From an uncultured delta proteobacterium (GTDB lineage Bacteria; Desulfobacterota; Binatia; Binatales; Binataceae), in contig CAWJET010000002.1 of NCBI GenBank assembly GCA_963842085.1, forward strand, positions 896,001 to 960,000: 64,000 bases of DNA, given 5' to 3'. Positions 30,110 to 40,280 of the stretch are shown piece by piece; position 1 is the first letter of the stretch; the number at the start of each line of letters is the position of its first letter. Made by a program: the position numbers and the translations under genes. The notes beneath the pieces are model-generated. The model made no database searches, was not told where the DNA came from, and saw only the letters and a program-made list of their open reading frames with translations.

Positions 30110-31744
30110 ATGCCAGCATGGATCTCCCTTACCGAGCGCCCCGCGTGGAAGGCCTTGCAGGCGCATTACAATCAGATCCACAGCCTCCACCTGAAAGCCC
30201 TGTTCGCCGAAGATCCGAAGCGCGGCGAACGGCTCGTGGTCGAGGCCGCCGGCCTGTACTTCGACTATTCCAAGCATCGCGTGACCGACGAGACTCTTCG
30301 CCTGCTGCTCGCGCTGGCCGACGAGGTCGGACTCCGCGCGCGCATCGACGCGATGTTTCGCGGCGACAAAATCAACGTGACCGAGAAGCGCGCCGTCCTG
30401 CATATCGCGCTGCGTGCACCGCGCGGCGTTTCGATCGGCGTTGACGGCGACGACGTGGTGCCCAAAGTCCACGAGGTGCTCGATCGCATGGCCGACTTTT
30501 CCGCGCGCATCCGCGACGGCTCCTGGAAAGGCCACACCGGCAAGCGCATCCGCAACATAATTAATATAGGTATCGGCGGCTCCGACCTCGGCCCGGTCAT
30601 GGCCTACGAGGCGCTGCGCCACTACAGCGACCGCAACCTGACCGTGCGCTTCGTCTCCAACGTCGACGGCACCGATTTCGCCGAGGCCACCCGCGACCTC
30701 GATCCGGCCGAAACGCTGTTCATCATTTCGTCGAAGACTTTCACCACGCTCGAGACGATGACCAACGCGCACACCGCGCGCGATTGGTCTCTCGCCGCGC
30801 TCGGTGACGACAAGGCGGTGGCGAAGCATTTCGTCGCGGTCTCGACCAACGCCGCCGAAGTGACGAAGTTCGGCATCGACACGAAAAACATGTTCGGCTT
30901 CTGGGATTGGGTCGGCGGCCGCTACTCGATGGACTCCGCGATAGGCCTGTCCACGATGCTCGCGGTCGGCGCCGACAACTTCTGTGCGATGCTGTCGGGC
31001 TTCCACGCGATCGACGAGCATTTCCGCACCGCGCCGTTCGCGCGCAACATTCCGGTCCTGATGGGCCTGCTCGGCGTCTGGTACAACGACTTCTTCGGCG
31101 CGCAGACCGTCGCCGTGCTGCCCTATGAGCAATACCTGAAGCGCTTTCCCGCCTACCTGCAACAGCTAACGATGGAATCGAACGGCAAGCACGTCACGCT
31201 CGACGGCGCGCCCGTCGATTACCAGACCGGACCGATTTACTGGGGCGAGCCCGGCACCAACGGCCAGCATTCGTTCTACCAGCTAATCCACCAGGGCACG
31301 AAACTAATCCCATGCGACTTCATAGGATTCTGCCGCGCCCTCAACCCGCTGGGACGCCATCACGACCTGCTGCTCTCAAACATCTTCGCCCAAGCCGAAG
31401 CTCTGGCCTTTGGAAAAACCCCCGAACAGGTAAAGGCCGAAGGCACCCCCGACTGGCTGGTGCCAGCGAGAGTATTCGAAGGCAATCGCCCATCGACGGT
31501 AATCCTGGCCGACGAACTAACCCCAGAAATCCTAGGCAAGCTGGTAGCCCTATACGAACACAGCGTCTTCACCCAAGGCACCATCTGGAACATCGACTCA
31601 TTCGATCAATGGGGCGTAGAGCTAGGCAAGGTGCTAGCCCAAAAAATAATCCCCGAACTGGAATCTCCCAATGAACCCCCACTCGCGCACGACAGCTCCA
31701 CCAACGCACTAATCCGAAGGTATCGCGCGCGGCGCAAAAGTTGA
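30110..31744 (+). CDS. pgi: Glucose-6-phosphate isomerase
   Basis: [40 protein letters not shown]. Confidence 0.98.
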   Translation: MPAWISLTERPAWKALQAHYNQIHSLHLKALFAEDPKRGERLVVEAAGLYFDYSKHRVTDETLRLLLALADEVGLRARIDAMFRGDKINVTEKRAVLHIALRAPRGVSIGVDGDDVVPKVHEVLDRMADFSARIRDGSWKGHTGKRIRNIINIGIGGSDLGPVMAYEALRHYSDRNLTVRFVSNVDGTDFAEATRDLDPAETLFIISSKTFTTLETMTNAHTARDWSLAALGDDKAVAKHFVAVSTNAAEVTKFGIDTKNMFGFWDWVGGRYSMDSAIGLSTMLAVGADNFCAMLSGFHAIDEHFRTAPFARNIPVLMGLLGVWYNDFFGAQTVAVLPYEQYLKRFPAYLQQLTMESNGKHVTLDGAPVDYQTGPIYWGEPGTNGQHSFYQLIHQGTKLIPCDFIGFCRALNPLGRHHDLLLSNIFAQAEALAFGKTPEQVKAEGTPDWLVPARVFEGNRPSTVILADELTPEILGKLVALYEHSVFTQGTIWNIDSFDQWGVELGKVLAQKIIPELESPNEPPLAHDSSTNALIRRYRARRKS

Positions 31745-31752
31745 TGACGATA

Positions 31753-31785
31753 CGAGAGGCCACTCACCTTTTTGTGTCATCCTGA
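31753..31785 (+). repeat. Left imperfect inverted repeat of island
   Basis: CGAGAGGCCACTCACCTTTTTGTGTCATCCTGA; pairs with 34942-34973. Confidence 0.75.
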
Positions 31786-31887
31786 GCGCAGTGAAGGAAC
31801 CCGGATCCAAGAGTTGCGCGAAGCAGTTGAAGAAAGGATGAAAATGTCGTCGGTCGTGCGGCGGGCAAAAACTGGTTCGCGAACTGA

Positions 31888-31985
31888 ATGAAATCGGACG
31901 TGCAGCCCGCCTACGACGATGCAGCCAAAGCCTATGCCGACCGGCTTTTCGGTGAGCTCGCGCATAAGCCCTTCGATCGCGCGAG
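31888..31985 (+). pseudogene. N-terminal stub of class I SAM methyltransferase
   Basis: MKSDVQPAYDDAAKAYADRLFGELAHKPFDR, after which similarity ends at the vapC 3' end. Confidence 0.55.
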
Positions 31986-31987
31986 GC

Positions 31988-32427
31988 TCAGGCCGCGAGG
32001 AGTTCGAGATTCTGTGCCGTCGCGCCGTGGACTGCCTTGAGCGAGATCGTGGAATCGAAAGTGGCCAGGCGGCCTTTGTTCGAGACCTAAAGCTCGAGCA
32101 GATAAACGTCCGTGAGTTGCCGATGACCCTGAACGTGATTCCATCGAAAGCGTCCGGGTTCGCGCACACTCACCGAGTCCGGCCAGAAAACATGCTGACG
32201 ATCCGCGCAGAAGGTCCGCGGGCGCGCGGCCGCATCTTCGGCCGTCGTGCGGCGGCCGGGAGAGGACGGGGATTGGACAATGCGCGCATCAGCGCATTCT
32301 CCGTGAGCGGACAAGTCGCCCATCTGCCGGTCCGATTGCGCCCAAACCACGCGATCGCGGCCTCGTGATGGATACGCGCGGGATCGAACAGCGCAACCAC
32401 GACGTTTACGTCGAGCAGAGCGATCAC
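31988..32427 (-). pseudogene. vapC: VapC PIN toxin pseudogene
   Basis: MIALLDVNV..CPLTEN; frameshift ~32265; HRQLTDVYLL; TAG at 32087-32089; then GRLATFD..NLELLAA*. Confidence 0.85.
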
Positions 32428-32429
32428 GC

Positions 32430-32657
32430 CTAAGGTTCGTCGCGGAGCCGGTTGACGATCTCCGGTGTGACGATCCGCGCTCCTCGCTGCTTCGGCAGGA
32501 CCGGCACACCGTTACGCTTGTGCGCAGAGCGGCCACGGGGCGCGAGTGCGCTGCGGGCCAGCTCGGACAGGACACGTCCTGCCGTAGTTCCCCGCCTCGC
32601 CGCAAGCTCCTTGGCGCTCTCCAGAACGTCCTCGTCGATATCCAGGGTCGTACGCAC
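32430..32657 (-). CDS. vapB: VapB-type ribbon-helix-helix antitoxin
   Basis: VRTTLDIDEDVL..AKELA..RNGVPVLP; directly upstream of vapC. Confidence 0.85.
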   Translation of the reverse strand: MRTTLDIDEDVLESAKELAARRGTTAGRVLSELARSALAPRGRSAHKRNGVPVLPKQRGARIVTPEIVNRLRDEP

Positions 32658-32835
32658 TTCGCCATCATCACGCATCAAGCATCAGACGTCAAAGGCGCAG
32701 GCGCGCCCCTCGATACAGCTACCCTCCCGAGCGGCATCGTTCCTTCGACGCCCATTCGTGTTTTGTTCTCCTGAACTAAAGTAGGGGATTATCCGGGTCT
32801 TGACTAACACGCGCACACGCGCTAATGTCTGATGC

Positions 32836-33765
32836 ATGACGAAAACAGACAAGCACCAGCCGCGTTTTGTGCGACAGATGACCCTCAGCGAGTTCGACGC
32901 GCTGTTCCCTAATGAGAACGCATGTCGCACTTATCTGCTCTTGCGGCGCTGGCCCGCTGGCCCGAAGTGTCCGCGCTGTCAGAATGATCACGTCTACGAA
33001 AGCACTGCGCGTCCGTGGCACTGGCAGTGCATGAAGTGTGGACCTAAGCCGCGCTCGCCCTATCGCTTCGCACTCACGACCGGAACGATCTTCGAGGAAT
33101 CGAAGAAGCCGCTGATCATGTGGTTCAAGGTTCTGCATCTGATGGTTACGTCGAAGAAGGGAATCAGCGCACTCCAGATTCATCGCATGCTTGGAACCGG
33201 CTCGTATCAGACCGCGTGGTATATGTGCATGCGTCTGCGCGCCGGAATGAAAGACCCGGAGTTCCGGCAACTGATGGGGATCGTTGAAGTCGACGAAACG
33301 TTCATAGGCGGACTCAATAAAAATCGCCATCGAAAAGATCGGATCAAGGGTGCTGGCGGTCCGGGGTCCGGTAAGATCACTGTAGTCGGCGCAATCGCTC
33401 GCAAGGGCAACCTCGTCTGCAAGATGGTTGAGCGCACGGACACGGAATCCCTCACTGGATTCGTCCGCGAAGTTACCAAGGCGCACGCCACGCTGGTCAT
33501 CACGGACGAATGGCGCGGCTACGACGCGATCAGTATTTACAATCGCGAGCATCAGTTCGTCCGGCATACCGCTGGCGAGTACGTGCGCGGCAACATCCAT
33601 ACGCAGAGCATTGAGTCGTTCTGGTCGCTGCTCAAGCGCGGCGTGATCGGAACGTACCATCACGTCAGCAAGAAATATCTGCCACTCTACCTGAATGAGT
33701 TTCAGTTCCGATTTAACAACCGAAACGAAGCCGATATTTTCGGCAAGGCGATAGCAGGATGCTGA
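32836..33765 (+). CDS. IS1595-family DDE transposase
   Basis: Zn ribbon CPRC/CMKC, KGISALQ HTH, EVDETFIGG, ITDEW, IESFWSLLKR, YLNEFQFRFN. Confidence 0.95.
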   Translation: MTKTDKHQPRFVRQMTLSEFDALFPNENACRTYLLLRRWPAGPKCPRCQNDHVYESTARPWHWQCMKCGPKPRSPYRFALTTGTIFEESKKPLIMWFKVLHLMVTSKKGISALQIHRMLGTGSYQTAWYMCMRLRAGMKDPEFRQLMGIVEVDETFIGGLNKNRHRKDRIKGAGGPGSGKITVVGAIARKGNLVCKMVERTDTESLTGFVREVTKAHATLVITDEWRGYDAISIYNREHQFVRHTAGEYVRGNIHTQSIESFWSLLKRGVIGTYHHVSKKYLPLYLNEFQFRFNNRNEADIFGKAIAGC

Positions 33766-33843
33766 GACACGAACACTGGCGAATGTCTCAGCTATCTGAG
33801 AACGTCGCCAGCGAGCCGATTCAATTGGAGTTTGCATTTCCGG

Positions 33844-34398
33844 TCAAAAGACTGCCTCTACGGTTACAACTGTCCCTACGATTGGACCGTCGAACACGAT
33901 GAGCGCACTGCGCGAGTTTTTGTCTTTGATTTCGTGCATGGGGAGCATTGCCCCATTCCCGTCTATGCGAAAATCCTTAACCGCGATGGCTTTGTCGAAG
34001 ACCACAAAGAGATATACGGCATTGCTAAACACTTGATTGGAAATGGGCCGACCCTGCGAATCCTTCATCGTGGCCCGACTTATCGAATTTATTGAGACGT
34101 AATTCGCAACGTTTAATTTTGTAATGGGTTGGGAATTGCCTAATTCGTTATACTGAATTTGAAGTTTGGTCGGCGTGTTACCGGCAAGTCCGTCGGATGG
34201 GGGCGCAAAGTACGGTTGCACCCAAATAGCGACCGCAAGGATCGCCATCACAGTCATCGGCCAGTATCGAACCGCACTTCGCAACCTGCCCTGCCAATTA
34301 ATCGGCGGCACGGCTGGTCCCTGTTGGGCAAAAATTCGATTGCCCTGCCAAAGCAGGTAAAGCGTCGCCGCATCTACTATGTAACGCTCGATATCCAT
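33844..34398 (-). CDS. IS passenger: hypothetical membrane-anchored protein
   Basis: 184-aa ORF inside the TIRs, AT-richer than host, hydrophobic segment then beta-rich region. Confidence 0.6.
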   Translation of the reverse strand: MDIERYIVDAATLYLLWQGNRIFAQQGPAVPPINWQGRLRSAVRYWPMTVMAILAVAIWVQPYFAPPSDGLAGNTPTKLQIQYNELGNSQPITKLNVANYVSINSISRATMKDSQGRPISNQVFSNAVYLFVVFDKAIAVKDFRIDGNGAMLPMHEIKDKNSRSALIVFDGPIVGTVVTVEAVF

Positions 34399-34827
34399 CG
34401 ATCCCTCTCAGGGTGGGATTTCCCCTTGAGGCAGCGTAGTGTGCTTGACGGCACGCGGCCAGCCGCGCAGACTGACGGCATGAGCAGTCCTTACGCTCAA
34501 AAGATTCTGTTCTTTTTCTGTCGCAAGTGCGGCGACTACCACGAGAAAACACACCCACACTACAAGGCGCAGAAGCAGCGTTCCTATCGTCGCCGCAAGG
34601 CGAAAGAAAAAAGCGCCAACGCAGTAGGAGAGGGGGCAACCAACCACGCTGGCGCGGAACCCGGAGGATTCCATCCCGACCATAAGTCGCAACCGCACTT
34701 GTAGCAAGCCTAATCTGACGCGCTCGTAGCGGAGGTTCGTCCAGCTCTGGCCCACTATCCGAATCATGGAGGGATCGTTACATAATCCCGTCTGATAGTC
34801 TAGAGCCGGATAATCCCCCAAAAGTAC

Positions 34828-34843
34828 TGTTTCACGTGAAACA
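34828..34843. other. parS: parS centromere-like site
   Basis: Perfect palindrome TGTTTCACGTGAAACA matching the canonical chromosomal ParB site. Confidence 0.88.
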
Positions 34844-34941
34844 TTTTCGCCTTAAGCCCGAGCAGATAAGCCACTTTTTCAGATATGGGCGAAAATTCGC
34901 TGCAATTTGAACAAGACGATCAAGAGGAAATAGCCGCGGCT

Positions 34942-34973
34942 TCAGGACGACACAAAAGGTGAGCGGCAGCTCG
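34942..34973 (-). repeat. Right imperfect inverted repeat of island
   Basis: Reverse complement CGAGCTGCCGCTCACCTTTTGTGTCGTCCTGA. Confidence 0.75.
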
Positions 34974-35138
34974 CGCCCTGGCTGCGTTCGTTCGGCCCTG
35001 GAGCCACTTCCGGCGCGGCATTTTTATGTCGCCGCTGGCATCTGATTGTCGTCAGACCACCGCTCAGCTCGCTTGCAACGAGCCCAATCATTCGAGCACG
35101 CGGCACGGAACTTGAATTTTGAGCGATGGGGCGAAGCT

Positions 35139-37211
35139 ATGAATGAAGACGGGACTTCGAAGCGCCGGCCGGTGAGATCGGTTCGCGCCGGTGCCCGCGC
35201 GAGCGGCGACGACACCTTCCGCATGCTGCTCGAGTCGGCCCCGGATGCGATGGTGGTCGTGGGTAGCGACGGCCGAATCACACTGGTCAATGCGCAGACC
35301 GAAAAGCTCTTCGGATACGCGCGCACCGAGTTGGTCGGCAATACGATAAATATGCTGGTGCCGGCGCGTTTTCGCGACAAGCATTCACAGCAGCGCCTCG
35401 GATACTTCGCAGGTCCCAAAGTGCGCGCGCTGCACTCCGGTCTGGAGCTCTGCGGTCTGCGCAAAGATGGCACCGAGTTTCCGGCTGAGATCAGTTTGAG
35501 CCCGATTGAAACCGGGGAAGGAAAGATCGTCGTCAGCGCGATCCGCGACCTCACCGAGCGCAAGCGCGTCGAGGACGAGGTCAATCGCGGGCGCGTAGCG
35601 CGTGACCTTGCCCTCGAAACGGCCCGCCTCCGATCGGAATTCCTGGCCAGCATGAGCCACGAGATTCGGACGCCACTGGTCGGAATCATCGGGACCGGAG
35701 AGTTGCTGTCCCGTTCCGATCTGACTCCCGAGCAGCGCCGGCTGACTGAGATCATTCGATCGAGCGGCGAGCTGCTGCTGACCGTCGTCAACGACATCCT
35801 CGACTTCTCGAAACTCGCAGCCGGCCGGGTCGTGCTGGAAAAGCTCGACTTTGACCTCGTCGAGCTGACGGAGAATCTAATCGATTCCTTTGGGGCGGCC
35901 GCTCGCAGCAAAGGGCTCGAGCTTGCCATGTATGTGGACTTGAATATGCCAACCGGCTTGCGCGGGGATCAAAACCGGCTGCGCCAGGTTCTCAACAACC
36001 TGGTGGCAAATGCGATCAAGTTCACCGAGCACGGCGAGGTGACGGTCCGCGCCGCCAGGGTCGAAGACACGGCCGACGACGTGCTCGTGCGGTTCGAAGT
36101 AATCGACACCGGGATCGGAATTCCGTTCGAGGCGCAGGGGCGCCTGTTTCGGCCGTTTGTCCAGGCGGAAAGCTCGACCAGCCGGCGCTTCGGCGGCAGC
36201 GGACTCGGCCTCATGATCGCGGCCAGGCTGACGGAACAGATGGGCGGGAAAATCGGATTTGACAGCGAGCCCGGAAAAGGATCGAACTTTCATTTCACGG
36301 CCCGACTCGAGAAGGGAGCGGGAATTGTTCATCCCTGGATGAATACGAGCGCGATTTCAGGCTTCAACGGAATGCTCGCGATCGTCGTCAACGACAGTCC
36401 AGCCAGTCGCGAGGCCATAAGCGAATACCTGTCGTCGTGGGGAATTGAAAACGTGGCGGTCGGCAGCGGAGCCGAAGCGCTGGAGATGCTGCAGCGGAAG
36501 CCGGCCGGCGGCAATGGGCAAATCGTCGCGCTCATCGATGAGCAGACGCCTGACATGGGCGCGCTCAGGCTCGCGCGCGCAATCAAGGAGCGTTGCGGCA
36601 AGGAACTTAGCAAGGTGATCATGTTCAGCGCGGAGAGCGCCGGCAGGACTGCGAGCGAAGCTGTCGATGCGTGGATTATAAAGCCGGTGCGCCCGTCGCA
36701 CCTTTTCAGTTGTCTGCTGGAGATATGCGGAGACGCCGATCGCCCTGTCATAGAGCAAGTCGCGGCCGCACCGCCCGGCCCGATTAGCCATGAACCGCCG
36801 GCCTGGCGCAAGGCCGTGCGGGTGCTGCTGGTGGACGACAACCTGGTGAATCGAACCGTAGCAGCACAGCAGCTTTCCGTCCTCGGTTACCACGCTGAAG
36901 TTGTCGACAGTGCGCAGCGAGGGTTGGAGATCGTAGCGAAGGGAGGCTGCGATATTGTGCTGATGGACTGCGAGATGCCGGAGATGGACGGTTACGAAGC
37001 AGCCGCGGAGATCAGACGGCGCGAAGGAACCGCGCGGCACACCGTGGTGATAGCGCTTACCGCGCACGCGACCGAAGACGATTGCGCGCGATGCCTCGAC
37101 GCCGGGATGGACGCCTACCTGAGCAAACCAGTAAGGCTGCAGGCGCTTGCCGAAATGCTGGACACCTCGGTACGTGCCAAGCTCAACGATATCGCCACTT
37201 CGGAGCAGTAG
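35139..37211 (+). CDS. Hybrid sensor kinase PAS-HisKA-HATPase-REC-REC
   Basis: LLESAPDAM PAS, MSHEIRTP, NAIKFT, DTGIG, GGSGLGL, LMDCEMPEMDG. Confidence 0.95.
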   Translation: MNEDGTSKRRPVRSVRAGARASGDDTFRMLLESAPDAMVVVGSDGRITLVNAQTEKLFGYARTELVGNTINMLVPARFRDKHSQQRLGYFAGPKVRALHSGLELCGLRKDGTEFPAEISLSPIETGEGKIVVSAIRDLTERKRVEDEVNRGRVARDLALETARLRSEFLASMSHEIRTPLVGIIGTGELLSRSDLTPEQRRLTEIIRSSGELLLTVVNDILDFSKLAAGRVVLEKLDFDLVELTENLIDSFGAAARSKGLELAMYVDLNMPTGLRGDQNRLRQVLNNLVANAIKFTEHGEVTVRAARVEDTADDVLVRFEVIDTGIGIPFEAQGRLFRPFVQAESSTSRRFGGSGLGLMIAARLTEQMGGKIGFDSEPGKGSNFHFTARLEKGAGIVHPWMNTSAISGFNGMLAIVVNDSPASREAISEYLSSWGIENVAVGSGAEALEMLQRKPAGGNGQIVALIDEQTPDMGALRLARAIKERCGKELSKVIMFSAESAGRTASEAVDAWIIKPVRPSHLFSCLLEICGDADRPVIEQVAAAPPGPISHEPPAWRKAVRVLLVDDNLVNRTVAAQQLSVLGYHAEVVDSAQRGLEIVAKGGCDIVLMDCEMPEMDGYEAAAEIRRREGTARHTVVIALTAHATEDDCARCLDAGMDAYLSKPVRLQALAEMLDTSVRAKLNDIATSEQ

Positions 37212-37280
37212 ATGCCGCCGGGATTACTGCCGGGCGCTCGTCGGGCGCGGTGGACGGGGCGGCGGGTAGATGTAGCTATC

Positions 37281-38147
37281 ATGCCGCTCGATTCGTCAAT
37301 CGTAGGGAGCGCGGGTGCGCCAATGGTCAGCGAGATCGATTCGCGCTGGACGATGGCGTATGCAGCCGCGCTCGGCGACGCGGTGCCCTGCTACATGGAC
37401 ACCGTTCGCGGCGTGACTGCGCATCCGATGTTCCCGGTCTGCTTCGAATGGCCGGTGCAGGTCGCGATGCGCGCGCAGTTCGAGAAATCCACCTCGCTTA
37501 CGCGCGACGAGGCGATGCGCGGCGTGCACGCAACGCATGACACGGTGCTGTATCGCGCGATTCGGCCGCCCGAGCGGCTGACGACGCAGCTCACGGTCGC
37601 TGGAGTCGAGCGGCGCAAGCCGGGCGCGTACATGCTCACGCGGCTGGACACGGTCGACGACGCAGGCAAGCCGGTTTGCACGAGCTGGTATGGCGCGATC
37701 TATCGCGGCGTCGAGGTCAAGGGGCCCGATATTCCCGCGAAGCTTGCGCCCGCACCGACTCAACCGATCATCGAGGACGGCGAACCGCTGTCGGAGTGCC
37801 AGGTCGATGTGCCGGCGGGCATGGCGCACGTCTACACGGAGTGCGCGCGCATCTTTAATCCGATACACACGGACGCGTCGGTGGCGCGCGCGGCGGGATT
37901 GCCCGAGATCATCCTGCACGGGACCGCGACGCTTGCACTGGCGGTGTCGCGAATAATCGAGAGCGAAGCGGGAAGCGATCCGGCACGAGTGGAAAGAATC
38001 GCGGCGCGGTTCGGCGCGATGGTGACGATGCCCTCGACGCTGACGATGCGCGTGCTCGCACGCGAAGGCGCGATCGTATTTTTCGAGACGTTGAGCGGCG
38101 AGGGCCGCCTTGCGATCCGCGACGCGATGGTGGTGTTGCGCGCGTAA
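37281..38147 (+). CDS. MaoC-like double hotdog dehydratase
   Basis: AHPMFPV, GVHATH, FNPIHTD, ILHG. Confidence 0.82.
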   Translation: MPLDSSIVGSAGAPMVSEIDSRWTMAYAAALGDAVPCYMDTVRGVTAHPMFPVCFEWPVQVAMRAQFEKSTSLTRDEAMRGVHATHDTVLYRAIRPPERLTTQLTVAGVERRKPGAYMLTRLDTVDDAGKPVCTSWYGAIYRGVEVKGPDIPAKLAPAPTQPIIEDGEPLSECQVDVPAGMAHVYTECARIFNPIHTDASVARAAGLPEIILHGTATLALAVSRIIESEAGSDPARVERIAARFGAMVTMPSTLTMRVLAREGAIVFFETLSGEGRLAIRDAMVVLRA

Positions 38148-38264
38148 GACCGATCAAACTGACGGCGGCGATTCCTTCTTGTGCTGAAGTCGCAGCCGCG
38201 GAACCCATCGCGGCACCTGTCGGCAATAGCTTTCGTACTCCGCACCGAGACCAAGGAGACGGTA

Positions 38265-39497
38265 TCAGGATTCGTCGGAGGGCTTGACGGCGCGGAACTG
38301 GATCAGCAGTGCGATGTCGTAGATGGTCTTGAGCGCGCCCGCGCAAATCAGCGGCCATCCGAACGACGAACTATTCAGCATCGCGCCCGCCGGCAACGGC
38401 GCAAGCGCCGCCGCCAGGCTGCGCGGCACGTTGGTGACAGTGGCCGCGGCCGCGCGCTCTTCGGGCGGCACCACCGCCATCACGTAAGACTGCCGCGCGG
38501 GAACGTCCATCTGCGACATCGAATAGCGCAGCAGCAGAAATGCCATCGCCAGCGCCGGCGTCGGCACCAGCGCGGCGACGATCAACATCGCGTTCGACGG
38601 CAAATGGCTGAACACCATGGTGTTGATGCGCCCGAAGCGCGCCGCGAGCGCCGACGAAATGAATTGTGAAAATGAGCCGAGCAGTCCAGCGAAGAAGAAA
38701 AACGTACCCGCCAACTGGACCGAGATGTCGAAGCGGCGGAACAGCCACAGCGCCAGCAGCGACTGAATTACGAATCCGCCACCGAGCGAGTCGAGGCTGA
38801 ACAGAGCCGCAAGCCGATACACGATTGCCCGCGACTTGGCCAGCGGCGCGCGCTGGCCGGGCTGGCGCTCGACTTCGATGGCCGGGGAAAGACGCCGGTA
38901 GAGCGCAAACGCAAGCAGCGCGATGGCCGAGTAGGCGACGAAGCCCGACCGCAGCGCCGGCGCGAGCGCCCATCCGTGGCGCGCCGCGAGTATCGCGGGC
39001 ACACCGCTGGCGAGCGCACCGAACGCACCCGCCATCGCGCCCGCGACGTTGTACGCCGCGAACATCGCGGTCAGATCGCGCGGCTCGGCGGCCTCGGCCA
39101 GCGCCGCCTGCTCGACCGGCAGAAACAGGCTCACATCGCCGGCCGAAGGATTCAGCGTGCCGACGACGGCGACGACGAACAGCAGCCAGAAGCTGGTCGT
39201 GGTGGCAAATCCAATTCCCGTCGCCAGCATCAGCGCGCACGCCGCCATCAGGACTCGGCGCCGGCCCAGCCGATCGGTTGCCAGCCCGACCCACAGCGTC
39301 AGCGCCGCGGAGCCCAGCAGCGTGCCGAACACGATTGCGCCGACCCGCAGCGGATTGAATCCGATCGCCGTCAGGTAGCCCGGCAACAACACGCTGACTG
39401 CGCCGTCGGCAAGGCCGCGGAGCGCGCGCGTCGTCAGCAAAAGCCGGGCGTCGGCGGTAGCGCTCTGCGGGAACCATCGATTGATAGGAGCCGCCAT
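38265..39497 (-). CDS. MFS transporter
   Basis: DRLGRRR motif A, many TM helices, QMDVPARQSYVM. Confidence 0.9.
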   Translation of the reverse strand: MAAPINRWFPQSATADARLLLTTRALRGLADGAVSVLLPGYLTAIGFNPLRVGAIVFGTLLGSAALTLWVGLATDRLGRRRVLMAACALMLATGIGFATTTSFWLLFVVAVVGTLNPSAGDVSLFLPVEQAALAEAAEPRDLTAMFAAYNVAGAMAGAFGALASGVPAILAARHGWALAPALRSGFVAYSAIALLAFALYRRLSPAIEVERQPGQRAPLAKSRAIVYRLAALFSLDSLGGGFVIQSLLALWLFRRFDISVQLAGTFFFFAGLLGSFSQFISSALAARFGRINTMVFSHLPSNAMLIVAALVPTPALAMAFLLLRYSMSQMDVPARQSYVMAVVPPEERAAAATVTNVPRSLAAALAPLPAGAMLNSSSFGWPLICAGALKTIYDIALLIQFRAVKPSDES

Positions 39498-39547
39498 GAT
39501 GTCGCAGAAAACCTAGCCTCATGCGGGAAGGGGAACAATCGCGTTGA

Positions 39548-39893
39548 TCAGTTTTTGATACAGCTGAGATCGGCGAGAACAGTATCTCGCGCCGCGGGTA
39601 GTGCATCGAAGTCACTCGTGATGCGAAGCCCTCTCACCGGAACTCGATCGATCAGAGAATGAAGCGCCTGGAACTCCCGGCTGAGCATCGCATTGTCGCT
39701 GATGTCCAGTCGGTAGGTGGAGCGCAGCAGCTGGGCAAAGCTCTCGCGTGCGGAGGTTTCTTCGATTCTTGGTGCTTCCCGAGATCGAGCATCGTCCTGT
39801 TGTGAAACGTCGCGAGTCAGAGTGTAAATCGCGACGAGCGGAGTCGGTCGCCTGGGGAACGCCGTCGACCGCCCGAAGAAATCCAGCCGAAGA
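39548..39893 (-). pseudogene. C-terminal remnant of HPr-kinase-like protein (absent from ORF track)
   Basis: Startless frame ...PTPLVAIYTL..APRIEETSARESFAQLLRSTYRLDISDNAMLSREF..VPVRGL..LPAARDTVLADL..*. Confidence 0.55.
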
Positions 39894-40280
39894 CCGTTTA
39901 AGGGTCGTTTGTAGTGGATCAGCGTGTAACGCTATCGTACGTACTTTATAGACGCGAACGCATCGTATGACAAGCTCAACGGCAAACGAAGAAAATTCTT
40001 GCCACCGCGGCGGTTGGCCCGGAGACGGCGTTGAAGTAGGAGTAAGAGAGCCGGGTTGAGGGCATCCTCATCGCCGCGCGGTGGTCTTCCAACTGCTGGT
40101 CATGCTGTGATTACAAATCTTACATCCTTGCTGACACCGGCTGACGAGAAGTTGCTTTTCGCGCACTCTGTGTCAAAGGCGAGGGTGCAGGCGCATGCCG
40201 ACGGCAACGCAATTCGCGACGCGGCCTGCGAGCCAGCGCGCCCTGGGCTCGTGCGAGTGGAGTCGGAGGACAGCCGCTAG

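Larger units (their letters stand above)
32784..34818 (+). mobile_element. IS1595-family element (2035 bp) with passenger DNA
   Basis: 23-bp TIRs GGGGATTATCCGGGTCTTGACTA and GGGGATTATCCGGCTCTAGACTA (21/23); 8-bp target duplication CTAAAGTA (32776-32783) and CAAAAGTA (34819-34826). Confidence 0.9.

Noticed and set aside
32776-33837. 353-aa ORF antisense to the transposase
   Set aside because: Mirror frame of the IS1595 transposase with no independent support
35101-35116. Sigma-54-like CGGCACGGAACTTGAA upstream of the hybrid kinase
   Set aside because: The -12 element reads GA instead of GC and lies very close to the start codon; not supportable alone
39977-40069. 30-aa ORF (MTSSTANEENSCHRGGWPGDGVEVGVREPG) as a lasso precursor
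   Set aside because: Lacks the YxxPxL leader and Thr(-2) pattern; no clear RBS and no maturation genes
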